From Spirochaetota bacterium (lineage in GTDB: Bacteria > Spirochaetota > UBA4802 > UBA5550): 52,774 bases of DNA. The stretch lies in contig JBBAGC010000001.1 of NCBI GenBank assembly GCA_041655115.1, positions 1-52,774 on the forward strand, given 5' to 3'. The notes under the pieces were generated by a model. The model made no database searches. It was not told the DNA's origin and was given only the letters and a program-made list of their open reading frames with translations. This document shows, one piece after another, positions 18,507 to 29,582 of this stretch. Every line of letters starts with the position of its first letter. Positions within the stretch are counted from its first letter, which is position 1. The position numbers and the translations under genes are program-made.

Positions 18507-19081
18507 GGGACAATTCCCTCGAATTCAGCGCCGATGAAGGGATGGGCACGGTCTCGTTCGGAGATATGGCTAACCTCGAGCGGCCAGGCAATCCCGATTG
18601 CCGGGTCGGCGATATTCAGGGCTCCTTCGGCGTTCGGCTGATAGGGTGTTGAATGCAGGTAGAGCATCTCGCACTGTTCCGTCAGGGCCTGGAATCCGTG
18701 GGCAAATCCTTCCGGAATGAGAAGGCTCCGATGGTTTTCCGCACTCAGGATTTCTCCGTGCCATTGCAGAAAGGTTGGAGAACCTTTTCGAATATCCACG
18801 GCCACGTCAAACACTTCTCCCGCCAGGCAACTGACGATTTTGATTTCGCCGTGCGGCGAATGCTGAAAATGCAGTCCCCGAACGACACCACGATTCCTTG
18901 TCCTGGTATGATTAATCTGGGAAATGGGTTTGTTGAATCCCTGCAACTGAAGTTCTTCGGCGCAAAAAAAACGTGAGAAAAAACCGCGCGAATCCTCGAG
19001 GGGCTTCCTTTGAACCACCAGCAGACCATCGAGAGGCGTGAAGCGAACGCTGAACCGCGCTTCCTTCACCGGGCCGATCAT
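18503..19081 (-). CDS. RfbC-family cupin, NDP-4-keto-6-deoxyhexose 3,5-epimerase-like
   Basis: DSRGFFSRFF, VRGLHFQ and FDVAVDIRKGSPTF motifs. ATGA overlaps at both ends link it to rfbG and to the C-methyltransferase gene. Confidence 0.8.
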   Translation of the reverse strand: MIGPVKEARFSVRFTPLDGLLVVQRKPLEDSRGFFSRFFCAEELQLQGFNKPISQINHTRTRNRGVVRGLHFQHSPHGEIKIVSCLAGEVFDVAVDIRKGSPTFLQWHGEILSAENHRSLLIPEGFAHGFQALTEQCEMLYLHSTPYQPNAEGALNIADPAIGIAWPLEVSHISERDRAHPFIGAEFEGIVP

Positions 19082-20145
19082 CGTTCCTGCACACCTTTCT
19101 CGTATGCCGCGATCTGACCTAAAGACACCTCTCTCATGTCCTGACCATTCCGCCAGGCGCCATACCAGGAGAGGGTTTCCTCAAGCGCCCGTTCCAGCGG
19201 CCAGCGAGACGTCCATCCCAGGCGCGATCGGGCCTTCGCACTGTCAAGCCTCAGAAAATGCGCCTCGTGAGGTTGAAACGCCTTGTCCTGTTCCCATTCG
19301 AATTCAGCGATTTGATTTGCGAAACCTTCGACAATCCACCGTACCGGACGGGCATCTTCATCGGAGGGACCGAAGTTCCATGCTTCCGCAAAGGCAGTGC
19401 CTTCTTCCGTCAATCGCTTTGCCAGCAACAGATACCCTGCCAGCGCGTCCAGGACATGTTGCCAGGGACGAACGGCCGAAGGATTACGAACAAGAAGTTT
19501 TTCTCCGGCTGTGAGGGATCGCACACAATCGGGGATCAGGCGGTCTTTCGCCCAGTCACCACCTCCTATGACATTACCCGCGCGAACCGTAGCAAGAGAA
19601 GGACCTCCGGGCTTTTCCGCGAAAAACGAACGGCGGTACGCGGCAGAAACAAGTTCCGCGGAAGCCTTGCTGGAGGAATAGGGGTCATGACCCCCGAGTG
19701 GCTCATCTTCCCTGTACCCCCACACCCATTCGCGGTTTTCATAGCACTTGTCCGTGGTCACAACTATTACCGCTTTGATGCCGGTCGTCCGACGAACCGC
19801 CTCCAGCAGATTGACCGTGCCCATGATGTTGGTTGAATAGGTGGTAATCGGATCGGCATAAGAATCGAGCACTATTGCCTGGGCAGCCATATGTATGACA
19901 ATGTCGGGAGCGGCGTCCCGAAGGGTTACTTCCAGTAATTCATGATTCCGCACGTCTCCTGTAACAGAGTGAACCAGTTCGTCTACTCCTGCAAGGTGCC
20001 ACAGGCTCGGTTCAGTCGGCGGTGCAAGAGAGTACCCGGTAACCCGAGCACCGAGGCGATACAACCAGAGACAGAACCATGCACCCTTGAACCCCGTGTG
20101 ACCTGTCAGAAACACCCGTTTGTCTCGAAAGAAATTATCGAACAT
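19078..20145 (-). CDS. rfbG: CDP-glucose 4,6-dehydratase
   Basis: MFDNFFRDKRVFLTGHTGFKGAWFCLWL... is the typical RfbG N terminus. The size is 355 aa. Confidence 0.9.
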   Translation of the reverse strand: MFDNFFRDKRVFLTGHTGFKGAWFCLWLYRLGARVTGYSLAPPTEPSLWHLAGVDELVHSVTGDVRNHELLEVTLRDAAPDIVIHMAAQAIVLDSYADPITTYSTNIMGTVNLLEAVRRTTGIKAVIVVTTDKCYENREWVWGYREDEPLGGHDPYSSSKASAELVSAAYRRSFFAEKPGGPSLATVRAGNVIGGGDWAKDRLIPDCVRSLTAGEKLLVRNPSAVRPWQHVLDALAGYLLLAKRLTEEGTAFAEAWNFGPSDEDARPVRWIVEGFANQIAEFEWEQDKAFQPHEAHFLRLDSAKARSRLGWTSRWPLERALEETLSWYGAWRNGQDMREVSLGQIAAYEKGVQER

Positions 20146-20151
20146 ACGCTT

Positions 20152-20940
20152 TCACCAGACCTTCCAAGGGGCCCGACCTGAATCCCAGATTCTGTTGAGA
20201 TATTCCATGTCTCTCATTGTATCCATACAGGCCCAGAACCCGGGGTGCTTGTAAGCCATGAGTTCGCCTTGTCGGGCGATTTCCTCAAGGGGCCCGATTT
20301 CCAGGTCACAGGACTCAGATGGCGTCAAGTAATTGAACAGTGCTTTGTTGAATACAAAAAACCCTCCGTTAATGAGCGCTCCCCCTTCCCGGGGCTTCTC
20401 GCTGAATGAAACCACACGATCATCTTCGGCTATCATTTCCCCAAAGCGTGATGCAATGTTCACCGCCGTGACGGTCGCCATTTTTCCATGAGACCGATGA
20501 AACGCAAGCAGCGCATTGATATCGACATCAGCGACACCGTCTCCGTAAGTTAACATAAAGATATCATCGGGAATGTACCGTTCCACCCGCTTCAGTCGTC
20601 CACCCTTGAGGGTTTTCTCTCCCGTGTCGGCCAAGATTATTTTCCATCCAGATTCATCGTGTGAATGATGAATGCTTATTTTCTCCGGCTGGCCAAGTTC
20701 GATGGTCACGTCATTGTTCATCAGTTCGTAGTGACAAAAGTAGTTTTTTATCATATCGCCCCGGTATCCCAGGGCAAGAACAAACTCACGAACGCCGAAC
20801 TGGGCGTAATATTTCATAATGTGCCAGAGAATCGGACGTTCCCCGATATTGACCATCGGCTTCGGTCTAAACTCCGTTTCCTCACGAAGTCGCGTTCCCG
20901 CGCCTCCACAAAGAATGATAACTTTTATAGGATCAGACAT
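20152..20940 (-). CDS. rfbF: Glucose-1-phosphate cytidylyltransferase
   Basis: KVIILCGGAGTRLREETEFRPKPMVNIGERPILWHIMKYY is the RfbF signature. The ATG at 20940 is preferred over the TTG at 20946. Confidence 0.9.
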   Translation of the reverse strand: MSDPIKVIILCGGAGTRLREETEFRPKPMVNIGERPILWHIMKYYAQFGVREFVLALGYRGDMIKNYFCHYELMNNDVTIELGQPEKISIHHSHDESGWKIILADTGEKTLKGGRLKRVERYIPDDIFMLTYGDGVADVDINALLAFHRSHGKMATVTAVNIASRFGEMIAEDDRVVSFSEKPREGGALINGGFFVFNKALFNYLTPSESCDLEIGPLEEIARQGELMAYKHPGFWACMDTMRDMEYLNRIWDSGRAPWKVW

Positions 20941-21023
20941 GGGCAACCTCCTGACGTCTCGAAAATGCCGACATAACGAGACGCTGTCTTGACATCCAGC
21001 CCCACCTGACCGCCAAGCCGGGT

Positions 21024-21134
21024 GAGACCTTTAAAATTTTGTCATTTCGACCTCTCCCCTGTCACTTCGAACGCATGTGAGAAGTCTAAAATATCCCTCG
21101 CCTTGCTCCTCGAAATGACAAAATGAAAGGTCTC
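21024..21134 (+). mobile_element. MITE-like repeat copy R4 (short, internally deleted)
   Basis: GAGACCTTTAAAATTTTGTCATTTCGA, one 20-bp unit, a partial core, then TCGAAATGACAAAATGAAAGGTCTC. No flanking duplication is seen. Confidence 0.75.
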
Positions 21135-21233
21135 CTTTTAACTGACCGATGGCAAAAATTCAGAAACTATTTTGCTCAAGCAAAACTGCTGGCTACAGAA
21201 GGGGCTCTTGTTGAGCCAGGCTCTTGTTCTCAT

Positions 21234-22187
<954 letters not shown>

Positions 22188-23216
22188 TCAGGTAGCATTT
22201 CTTGCACCACACTCATAGCCGGCATCCACAAGGGTGCGTTCTCTTTTCGCCTCTTCGAGATCCGCGGCAACCATCATGTCGATAAGCTCCCTGAAGGACG
22301 TCTTCGGTTCCCATTGCAGCTGTTTCAGAGCCTTTGAAGCATCACCCAGAAGAACATCCACCTCGGTGGGCCGGAAATAACGCTTGTCTATCCTGACGTA
22401 GTCGTCAAATCGCAGATCCAGTCTGCTGAAAACCTCCTCCGCAAATTCCCGTACTGAATGGGTTTCTCCCGTAGCAATAACGTAATCGTCAGGTTTGTCC
22501 TGCTGCAGCATCAGCCACATGGCTTCCACGTAATCGCCCGCATAGCCCCAGTCCCGCTTGGCATCGAGGTTACCCAGGTACAGCGTATCCTGAAGCCCCA
22601 TTTTGATCCGGGTCGCCGCCCGTGTGATTTTTCGTGTAACAAAGGTTTCTCCGCGCCGGGGCGATTCATGGTTGAAGAGGATGCCGTTGCAGGCATACAG
22701 TCCGTAAGCATCACGATAGTTTTTTGCCACGTGGTAGGCATAGACCTTGGCTACCGCATAGGGGCTTTGAGGCTGGAAAGGCGTCGATTCACTCTGGGGC
22801 GGCGGCGCCTCTCCGAACATTTCGCTGGATGATGCCTGATAGAACCGTACTCCAATACCGGACTTTCGAATAGCTTCGAGGAGTCGTGTAGTACCAAGGC
22901 CGGTAATATCTCCCGTGTACTCGGGGAGATCGAAACTGACCCGCACGTGACTCTGGGCTCCCAGGTGATAGATTTCATCGGGCCTGATGTCGTAGAGAAG
23001 GGCCGCCAGATGGGCCGAAACGGCCAAATCTCCAAAATGCAGAAACAACCGCGTGTCCGGCTCATGGGGATCGCGGTACAGATGATCGATCCGTCCCGTA
23101 TTAAAGCTGCTGGACCGGCGGATCAGTCCATGCACCTCGTATCCTTTGCCGAGCAACAACTCAGCCAGATAGGAACCATCCTGGCCGGTAATGCCGGTAA
23201 TGAGTGCTTTTTTCAT
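22188..23216 (-). CDS. gmd: GDP-mannose 4,6-dehydratase
   Basis: [39 protein letters not shown] and other motifs are diagnostic of Gmd. The ATG at 23216 is preceded by AGGGAG. Confidence 0.9.
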   Translation of the reverse strand: MKKALITGITGQDGSYLAELLLGKGYEVHGLIRRSSSFNTGRIDHLYRDPHEPDTRLFLHFGDLAVSAHLAALLYDIRPDEIYHLGAQSHVRVSFDLPEYTGDITGLGTTRLLEAIRKSGIGVRFYQASSSEMFGEAPPPQSESTPFQPQSPYAVAKVYAYHVAKNYRDAYGLYACNGILFNHESPRRGETFVTRKITRAATRIKMGLQDTLYLGNLDAKRDWGYAGDYVEAMWLMLQQDKPDDYVIATGETHSVREFAEEVFSRLDLRFDDYVRIDKRYFRPTEVDVLLGDASKALKQLQWEPKTSFRELIDMMVAADLEEAKRERTLVDAGYECGARNAT

Positions 23217-23313
23217 TCTCAACTCCCTGTAAAGATTTTATGGGGCCAACGCCTGCCGTGTATATTTTGAACAGTTACTACCGCTGCCGCCCTCATGCCG
23301 GCGTTCATTGAAT

Positions 23314-23721
23314 GAGACCTGGTTTGAAAAACTATCGATTGTGTCATTTCGATATCAAGGAAAGATTTCTCGTCGCTTCGCTCCTCGAAATGACATAATC
23401 ACGATGCTCTTCGAAATGACATTTTTAAAGGTCACTTCGAACGCATGTGAGAAGTCTTAAAGATCCCTCGCTGTGCTCGGGACATGGATTTCTCGTCGCT
23501 CTCGCTCCTCGAAATGACGGACCTGAAGGCGCTCCTCGAAATGACAAGGACAGCTTTGAATACCAGCCATTTTTGTCATTTCGACCGTAGGGAGAAATCT
23601 TTTACTAACGGCCGTCATCAGGATTTCTCGTCGCTTCGCTCCTCGAAATGACGGACCTTAAGGCGCTCCTCGAAATGACATAATCGCGATGTTCCTCGAA
23701 ATGACACAATGCAAGGGTCTT
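23314..23721 (+). mobile_element. MITE-like repeat copy R5 (408-bp composite of several modules)
   Basis: The left terminus is GAGACCTGGTTTGAAAAACTATCGATTGTGTCATTTCGA. Several GTCATTTCGA/TCGAAATGAC hairpin modules and the conserved core follow. The right terminus is ...TGACACAATGCAAGGGTCTT. A perfect 5-bp direct repeat TGAAT lies at 23309-23313 and 23722-23726. The element ends 8 bp from the stop codon of the gene at 23730. Confidence 0.8.
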
Positions 23722-23729
23722 TGAATGTC

Positions 23730-24806
23730 TCATCGCCGGCGATTGATTGTTGAACGGACACGGTAAGACGTGAGTGTAAACACGATACAACTCATGATGA
23801 GCAGAGTAACGACAATATGCATGCCAACAGCAGAGGCCGCCAGGACGCCCAGGCCGATCATCAGTTGCACAAAGCCGTATATTACCGTCACTTTCCAGTG
23901 GTCCATCGCACATTCGTTCGCCAGCAACTGGTATAGGTGGCGGCGATGCGGCTTCAGCAGATTTTCCCCCGCTCGAAGACGGACACACATCGTCGTTACT
24001 ACATCCGCATAAAAAGGGAACAGGAGCGCGGCAAAGCAGATCATGTCCCGGTAACTCCGGGACAGCATGAGCACCAGGACGGCAAAGACAAATCCAAGGA
24101 GAATGCTACCCACATCCCCCATGAATACTTTTGCTCGAGGCATGTTAAAAGGCAGAAAACCCAAGCAGGCAAGGGCAAAGCAGATCGCAAGAAGGGAAAA
24201 GGCCTCTTTATCCGCACCAAGCGGCACAAAATAAAGAGTATAACAACCCAGGAGACCAAAAGAGATAACGCCGCTTACCCCCGCAATGCCATCGATGCCA
24301 TCCATAAAATTATAAAAATTCGCCGTGCCGACCACAAACAATACAATCATGATGACGATCAGAAAAAATAGTACCGGGAAAGCTCCACCGACCGTCGCCA
24401 GTTCAAACTTCAGCAACAGGTGCGGTAGAAGGGGAAACAAAACAATCACCGCAGCAACACACTGAACAACAAGCCGAAACGAGGCTGACAGCCGGGCATA
24501 GTCCCCATACAAGCTGACAGCGGACACAACAATAGCGGTAAAGAGAAACGTTGTTGGAATGCGGAGTGTCATTCCTGCCACAAGGAAAGCCGCCAGGATA
24601 CCGACTCCCCCACCTTGAGGCGTTGGAACATCATGGGAACTCCGGTCTCGTGGATAGTCCAGCAATCGCTCTCGAAACGGCAGTTCTGAGATAAGCCATC
24701 CGCCGGCGAATCCGAGAAATGCGCATGCCAGGTACAGCAGAGTGATCTGGTGCCGGGCAACCCATCGTATGGACTCGGTCAAAATGACAGACAGGTCAAG
24801 AGTCAT
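23730..24806 (-). CDS. Polyprenyl-phosphate HexNAc-1-phosphate transferase (MraY/WecA/WbpL family), copy 2
   Basis: A paralogue of 2434-3546 with YPRDRSSHDVPTPQGGGVGI, NFYNFMDGIDGIAG and FMGDVGS motifs. The start was set at ATG 24806 (MTLDLSVILTES...) to match the length of the paralogue. The 16 upstream ORF codons are MITE sequence. Confidence 0.8.
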   Translation of the reverse strand: MTLDLSVILTESIRWVARHQITLLYLACAFLGFAGGWLISELPFRERLLDYPRDRSSHDVPTPQGGGVGILAAFLVAGMTLRIPTTFLFTAIVVSAVSLYGDYARLSASFRLVVQCVAAVIVLFPLLPHLLLKFELATVGGAFPVLFFLIVIMIVLFVVGTANFYNFMDGIDGIAGVSGVISFGLLGCYTLYFVPLGADKEAFSLLAICFALACLGFLPFNMPRAKVFMGDVGSILLGFVFAVLVLMLSRSYRDMICFAALLFPFYADVVTTMCVRLRAGENLLKPHRRHLYQLLANECAMDHWKVTVIYGFVQLMIGLGVLAASAVGMHIVVTLLIMSCIVFTLTSYRVRSTINRRR

Positions 24807-24818
24807 AGTGGAGAGATT

Positions 24819-24997
24819 GAGACCTTTATTGCATTGTGTCATTTCGAGGAGCATCGCGACGAGAAATCCTGATGACGGCCGTTAGTGAAAGATTTCTCCC
24901 TACGGCCGAAATGACAAAAATGGCTGGTATTCAAAGCTTTCTCGAAGTGACGGGGGAGAGGTCGAAATGACACAATCGACAGTTTTTTAAAGATCTC
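24819..24997 (-). mobile_element. MITE-like repeat copy R6 (reverse orientation)
   Basis: GAGACCTTTATTGCATTGTGTCATTTCGAGG ... TCGAAATGACACAATCGACAGTTTTTTAAAGATCTC. A perfect 5-bp direct repeat AGATT lies at 24814-24818 and 24998-25002. The element begins 12 bp upstream of the start codon at 24806. Confidence 0.8.
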
Positions 24998-25086
24998 AGA
25001 TTGTTTTCAAAAATTTTTCTCGACCGATTGGCGGACAGCACTCACTTCGACCACGCTATGCAGAGAGCAATAAACACGGAACTGAG

Positions 25087-25980
25087 TCAACGCCGGCCTG
25101 TCAAGAATAAAGATTTGACCCCGTGACGGAGGCTCACTGCAGCAAACCTGGTCCACACGCCGATTCCCACTATCCAGAACAGAATTCCCGGGTACTGGTG
25201 GCGGAAGAATTTCCCGTAAAAGCGCATCATCCCTCTGTGTTTGTGCCATTCCACGAATATGGGCCGTCCCGTGCTGCATGTTCCCTGGCAGTGAACCACC
25301 GGGGCATCGGGCACAAAGACAACCTGCCAGCCGTTGCGGCGGAATCGCATGCACCAGTCAAGATCCTCGCAATGGAGGAAATAGCCTTCGTCCCAGGGAC
25401 CGACATCGGCAAGGGCGGTTCGTTTGACCAACATGCAGGAACCGGAAATAGCCTCTACCTCAACGGGTTTCTCTGGAAGCGGCTCCTGGTTCAGGATAAA
25501 ATCTGAAAACAGCTTCGGATAGCGATTCCGCAATCGGGAAAGGCCAAACGCACGAACGAACGAACGCCAGGGCGTCGGCACCGCTCGCCTTCCCCCCGCC
25601 TGTTCCGTACCATCCGGATTGAGCAACAGCGGTCCTGCCATTCCCGCCCGCGGAGTGCGCTCCAGGCAGGAACGAAGTACCATCAGAGATGCCGGTTCAA
25701 CACGACAGTCCGGGTTCACAAACAACAAATACTCCCCCGACGCGGCACCGAGTCCGATATTACAGGCTCCGGCAAAGCCCTCGTTCTCTGTATTACGAAT
25801 TACTTTCAATCGTTTCGACGAAGCATTCAGCCGTTTCAACGAATCGACACTGTCATCATCAGACGCATTGTCGATCACCAAAACTTCGGCAACGATCTTC
25901 GAACGCAACAGGGCCCTGACATTGTCCTTGAGCATGTTACCCGCGTTATAATTGACAATGATGGCAGACACGTTCGGCAT
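25087..25980 (-). CDS. GT2-family glycosyltransferase
   Basis: VSAIIVNYNAGNMLKDNV...VIDNASDDDSV...NEGFAGACNIG motifs. The ATG at 25980 is preferred over the GTG at 25998, which would overlap the upstream gene. Confidence 0.8.
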   Translation of the reverse strand: MPNVSAIIVNYNAGNMLKDNVRALLRSKIVAEVLVIDNASDDDSVDSLKRLNASSKRLKVIRNTENEGFAGACNIGLGAASGEYLLFVNPDCRVEPASLMVLRSCLERTPRAGMAGPLLLNPDGTEQAGGRRAVPTPWRSFVRAFGLSRLRNRYPKLFSDFILNQEPLPEKPVEVEAISGSCMLVKRTALADVGPWDEGYFLHCEDLDWCMRFRRNGWQVVFVPDAPVVHCQGTCSTGRPIFVEWHKHRGMMRFYGKFFRHQYPGILFWIVGIGVWTRFAAVSLRHGVKSLFLTGRR

Positions 25981-25984
25981 AATC

Positions 25985-26860
25985 TCAGAGAAATCCACGG
26001 GGCGAGAAGTTCAGATCCCGGATCGCTTCCGTGTTGTCAAAATTCATATCGATATTCATTCGTTCCGCCATGCTCACGTTCCAGTTCCGGTATCGGGGGA
26101 AACACCTGATCACCGCAACCAGAAGCCGAAAGAGTCCCACCGGTACCTGGATCACTCGCACAGGACGGTCAAGCATCGTGGAGATCCTGCAAATCATGTC
26201 TCGATAAGACAAGGTTTCCCCACCGGAAAGAGTATAAACTCGGTTGATTATACCCGGCTTTTCAAGGGCCGAACGACAGGCACACGCCACGTCTTCAGCA
26301 TGAACCGGCTGACGCAATCCCTGAGCCCGACCCACCAGGGGGAAAAAGCCGAAACGCTGAATAATGCGCGCCAGGGCAGTGATATTTCCATCATTTTTCA
26401 GATCGTACACCATGGTGGGACGCAGGATTACCCAATCGGTTTCCTTCGTGCCGGCCCACCGCCACAAGCACTCTTCACCTTTTTCCAGCAGTTCCGCCGT
26501 CAGGCGCTCTCCTTCATCGGCAGAATCTCTTTTAGTGAACCGGCTTGTCGATGAAAGGGCAACGATACGCCGCGTTCCCGCCTGTTCGAGCATGGGGAAA
26601 TAATGTGGCAGGACCCATATCGGCGCAAGACAAATCCAAAGCGGTATCGATTCTGTGCCGCCGGATGCATCCACCGGAAGGGTCCGCCAATCAACTGTTT
26701 CCGAAAAACGTCGCCGCGCCTCCATCCCGTTGCGCGTAAAGGCAACGACACGCCAGCCGGCATCGACCAGGAGGGGTATCAGGTAGTTTCCCACCAAACT
26801 GGTCGCTCCGATGACGCCGACAATTGTTTTGCCTGTCGATGTGGTTACTTGATTCGCCAA
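25985..26860 (-). CDS. NAD(P)-binding SDR-family protein (nucleoside-diphosphate-sugar epimerase/reductase-like)
   Basis: GVIGATSLVGNYLIPLLVDAGWRVVAFTR is a Rossmann motif. The ORF appears to start at a TTG. Confidence 0.6.
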   Translation of the reverse strand: MANQVTTSTGKTIVGVIGATSLVGNYLIPLLVDAGWRVVAFTRNGMEARRRFSETVDWRTLPVDASGGTESIPLWICLAPIWVLPHYFPMLEQAGTRRIVALSSTSRFTKRDSADEGERLTAELLEKGEECLWRWAGTKETDWVILRPTMVYDLKNDGNITALARIIQRFGFFPLVGRAQGLRQPVHAEDVACACRSALEKPGIINRVYTLSGGETLSYRDMICRISTMLDRPVRVIQVPVGLFRLLVAVIRCFPRYRNWNVSMAERMNIDMNFDNTEAIRDLNFSPRGFL

Positions 26861-26890
26861 AGAAATGCCGGAACTTTGAGCTGATTCCTC

Positions 26891-27118
26891 GAGACCCTTA
26901 TTGAAAAACTATCGATTGTGTCATGAGACCTTTACATTGTGTCATTTCGAGGAGCGCCCGGGGTACCGTCATTTCAGGGAGCGCCCGGGATACCGCCATT
27001 TCAGGGAGTACCCAGGGTACCGTCATTTCGAGGAGCGAAGCGACGAGAAATCTTTCTTTAATATCGACATGTTGCAAGATTGCTCCCTGCGGTCGAAATG
27101 ACACAATGTAAAGGTCTC
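26891..27118 (+). mobile_element. MITE-like repeat copy R7
   Basis: Two tandem left termini (GAGACC at 26891 and at 26925). Three 27-bp tandem units lie at 26951-27031. The right terminus TCGAAATGACACAATGTAAAGGTCTC is a perfect inverse of 26925-26950. A perfect 5-bp direct repeat TCCTC lies at 26886-26890 and 27119-27123. Confidence 0.8.
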
Positions 27119-27187
27119 TCCTCTATGCCGGACGGGGTTTAACGGCACACTCCAATACGAGAAGGTCACCGCGGGACTATGGAATCC

Positions 27188-28033
27188 TCACCCATCCGGA
27201 TACCGTTCAAGAAACTCCACCAGCGCCTCCCGCCAGTGAGGCAGAGGCCTATAGCCCTTAAGGCGCAAGGCCCGCTTCTCCAGCCGAGAGTTAGACGGCC
27301 GTTGCGCTGGACGTGGATACTCACTGGAGGAACAGGGTACCACGGACCGGGTACAATGTTTCAGGGTAAAAATCTCCGAGGCAACATCATACCAGGTCGC
27401 TTCGCCTTCGCAGGAAGCGTGAAAAATGCCGGATTCGTGACGTTCCAGAAACTGTTCGATCAGGCCCGCCAAAGCGTCTGTCGAGGTAGGGTTGCCGACC
27501 TGGTCGTTCACAACCCGTACCGGCGGCCCCTCTTCACGCCCCAGGCGCATCATGGTGTGAACAAAACTCGGGCCTCCCTTCCCATACAGCCAGGCCGTAC
27601 TCAAAATGGCCGCATCGGGACAGAACCGCAGGATAGCTTGTTCTCCCGCCAGCTTGCTTCGGCCGTAGGCCGTGCGCGGCGCAGGCTCGTCGTCTTCACG
27701 ATAGGGCCGGTCCAGTGTCCCGTCGAACACATAGTCAGTGGAGATTGCGATCAAACGGGCGCTGATCAGCGCCGCGGCCTGCGCAACATTTGCCGAACCC
27801 CCGCCGTTGATGCGCATCGCCTCGCCTGTTTTCGTTTCGCAGTCGTCAACGGCTGTCATGGCCGCCGCGTGAACAACACAGTCAGGACGTTGCGCCTCAA
27901 AGAAATCCTTCAGGGCATCTCCATCGGTTATATCTCCCATGGAACGGGTAAAACTGATCACCTCGTGATCACCAAGCACGCGGCAGAGCGTTCTGCCCAG
28001 CATGCCCCGGCCCCCGGTAACAAGTATCTTCAT
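27188..28033 (-). CDS. rfbD: dTDP-4-dehydrorhamnose reductase
   Basis: MKILVTGGRGMLGRTL..., a YGRSKLAGE motif, and an ATGA overlap with rfbC. Confidence 0.9.
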   Translation of the reverse strand: MKILVTGGRGMLGRTLCRVLGDHEVISFTRSMGDITDGDALKDFFEAQRPDCVVHAAAMTAVDDCETKTGEAMRINGGGSANVAQAAALISARLIAISTDYVFDGTLDRPYREDDEPAPRTAYGRSKLAGEQAILRFCPDAAILSTAWLYGKGGPSFVHTMMRLGREEGPPVRVVNDQVGNPTSTDALAGLIEQFLERHESGIFHASCEGEATWYDVASEIFTLKHCTRSVVPCSSSEYPRPAQRPSNSRLEKRALRLKGYRPLPHWREALVEFLERYPDG

Positions 28034-28605
28034 GGCTTCGATAATTCTTGATACACCGGAAGATGTTCCAAGGAAATCGATTGCAGAGTGGGAAGAAGGA
28101 GATCTTTATCGGACAAGAGAGGCAGCGTTCCTTTCAGAGACCAGTCAATGGCAAGATCCGGATCGTTCCAGGCAATACCACGCTCCGTCTCGGGCGTGTA
28201 AAAATCGGTACACTTGTAAACGAAATGGGCATCGTCACTGAGTACGAGAAAACCGTGGGCGCAGCCTGCGGGAATGTAGAGTTGGCCGGCCGTTTCACCG
28301 GTGAGCACGAAAGACGACCACGTACCAAATGCGGGTGACCCCCGCCGGATATCCGCCACCACGTCCAGAACTTCACCCCGCAGACACTGTACCAGCTTCC
28401 CCTGTGGCCGGGGCCACTGGTAATGGAGCCCCCGCAGAACGCCCCTGCGTGAGAAGGAAAGATTATCCTGCACCAGGGAACCCGGAATGCCCGCCTCCTC
28501 GTATCGATCCCGCTGAAAGGTTTCGAGGAAAAACCCTCGCCCATCCCGAAAAATGTCGGGCGTCACCAGGATCAACCCGGGAATATCAAACCGTTCGACC
28601 CTCAT
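28030..28605 (-). CDS. rfbC: dTDP-4-dehydrorhamnose 3,5-epimerase
   Basis: FRDGRGFFLETF, LRGLHYQ and DVVADIRRGSPAFG motifs. Confidence 0.9.
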   Translation of the reverse strand: MRVERFDIPGLILVTPDIFRDGRGFFLETFQRDRYEEAGIPGSLVQDNLSFSRRGVLRGLHYQWPRPQGKLVQCLRGEVLDVVADIRRGSPAFGTWSSFVLTGETAGQLYIPAGCAHGFLVLSDDAHFVYKCTDFYTPETERGIAWNDPDLAIDWSLKGTLPLLSDKDLLLPTLQSISLEHLPVYQELSKP

Positions 28606-29480
28606 CAGGCACGCTCCCCGTTTACCACTTCCATCAGATATGTGCCGAAATCACTGCCGCCCAGTTCCTGTGCCAAACGGATTACCTGCGTGTGGTCAAT
28701 GTATCCCATTCGCCAGGCGATTTCTTCCGGCACCGCTATTTTCAGGCCCTGGCGGGCCTCAATTGTATGTACGAAAGAGGCCGCTTCCAGGAGCGACTCG
28801 GGCGTTCCCGTATCAAGCCAGGCCGTACCCCGGCCCAGCAGTTTCACATTCAGCGATCCCTCCCGGAGGTAAAGGTTGTTGAGATCGGTTATCTCCAGTT
28901 CTCCCCTTGCGGACGGTTTCAGTGACCGTGCCATGTCAACCACCCGATCATCGTAAAAATAGAGTCCCACCACGGCATACTTGGACTTGGGCATCTTCGG
29001 TTTCTCCTCAATCGAGGTGACCGTGCCCGATTCATCGAAGGCAACCACGCCATACCGCTCGGGATCGCGCACCCAGTAGCCGAAGACGGTGGCACCTGCA
29101 TTTCCCTGCACCACCTCCTGCAACAGCTTCGCCAGCCCCTGGGCGTAAAAGATATTGTCGCCCAGAATAAGACAGGCGGCACCGCCGCCAAGAAAATCAG
29201 CCCCGATAAGGAAGGCCTGGGCCAGTCCGCCCGGATGGGGCTGCTCGGCATAGGACAGCGAAATCCCCCACTGCGAACCGTCGCCCAGAAGGTCGCGGTA
29301 GCGCGGCAGGTCACGGGGCGTACTGATCACAAGAATCTCCCGCAGCCCCGCCAGCATCAAGGTAGTAAGCGGATAATAGATCATCGGTTTGTCATAAACA
29401 GGCAGCAACTGCTTACTTGTCACCCGCGTCATGGGATAAAGCCGTGTGCCGCTGCCGCCGGCGAGAATAATACCTTTCAT
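28605..29480 (-). CDS. rfbA: Glucose-1-phosphate thymidylyltransferase
   Basis: [38 protein letters not shown] is diagnostic of RfbA. The ATG at 29480 is preceded by GAGGTG. Confidence 0.9.
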   Translation of the reverse strand: MKGIILAGGSGTRLYPMTRVTSKQLLPVYDKPMIYYPLTTLMLAGLREILVISTPRDLPRYRDLLGDGSQWGISLSYAEQPHPGGLAQAFLIGADFLGGGAACLILGDNIFYAQGLAKLLQEVVQGNAGATVFGYWVRDPERYGVVAFDESGTVTSIEEKPKMPKSKYAVVGLYFYDDRVVDMARSLKPSARGELEITDLNNLYLREGSLNVKLLGRGTAWLDTGTPESLLEAASFVHTIEARQGLKIAVPEEIAWRMGYIDHTQVIRLAQELGGSDFGTYLMEVVNGERA

Positions 29481-29582
29481 GGTCACCTCGAGTTATGGGT
29501 CACTGTTCGAGCAACGTCCTCACGATTTGGCGGGAGGAAGTTGACGCCGATGACAAGGCCGGTTTATTTGACATCCTTTTGG

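Noticed and set aside
27179-28051. A 290-aa plus-strand ORF
   Set aside because: It lies exactly antisense to rfbD, which has diagnostic motifs on the minus strand. Its translation is Arg/Pro/Gly-rich and low-complexity, typical of antisense frames in GC-rich genes.
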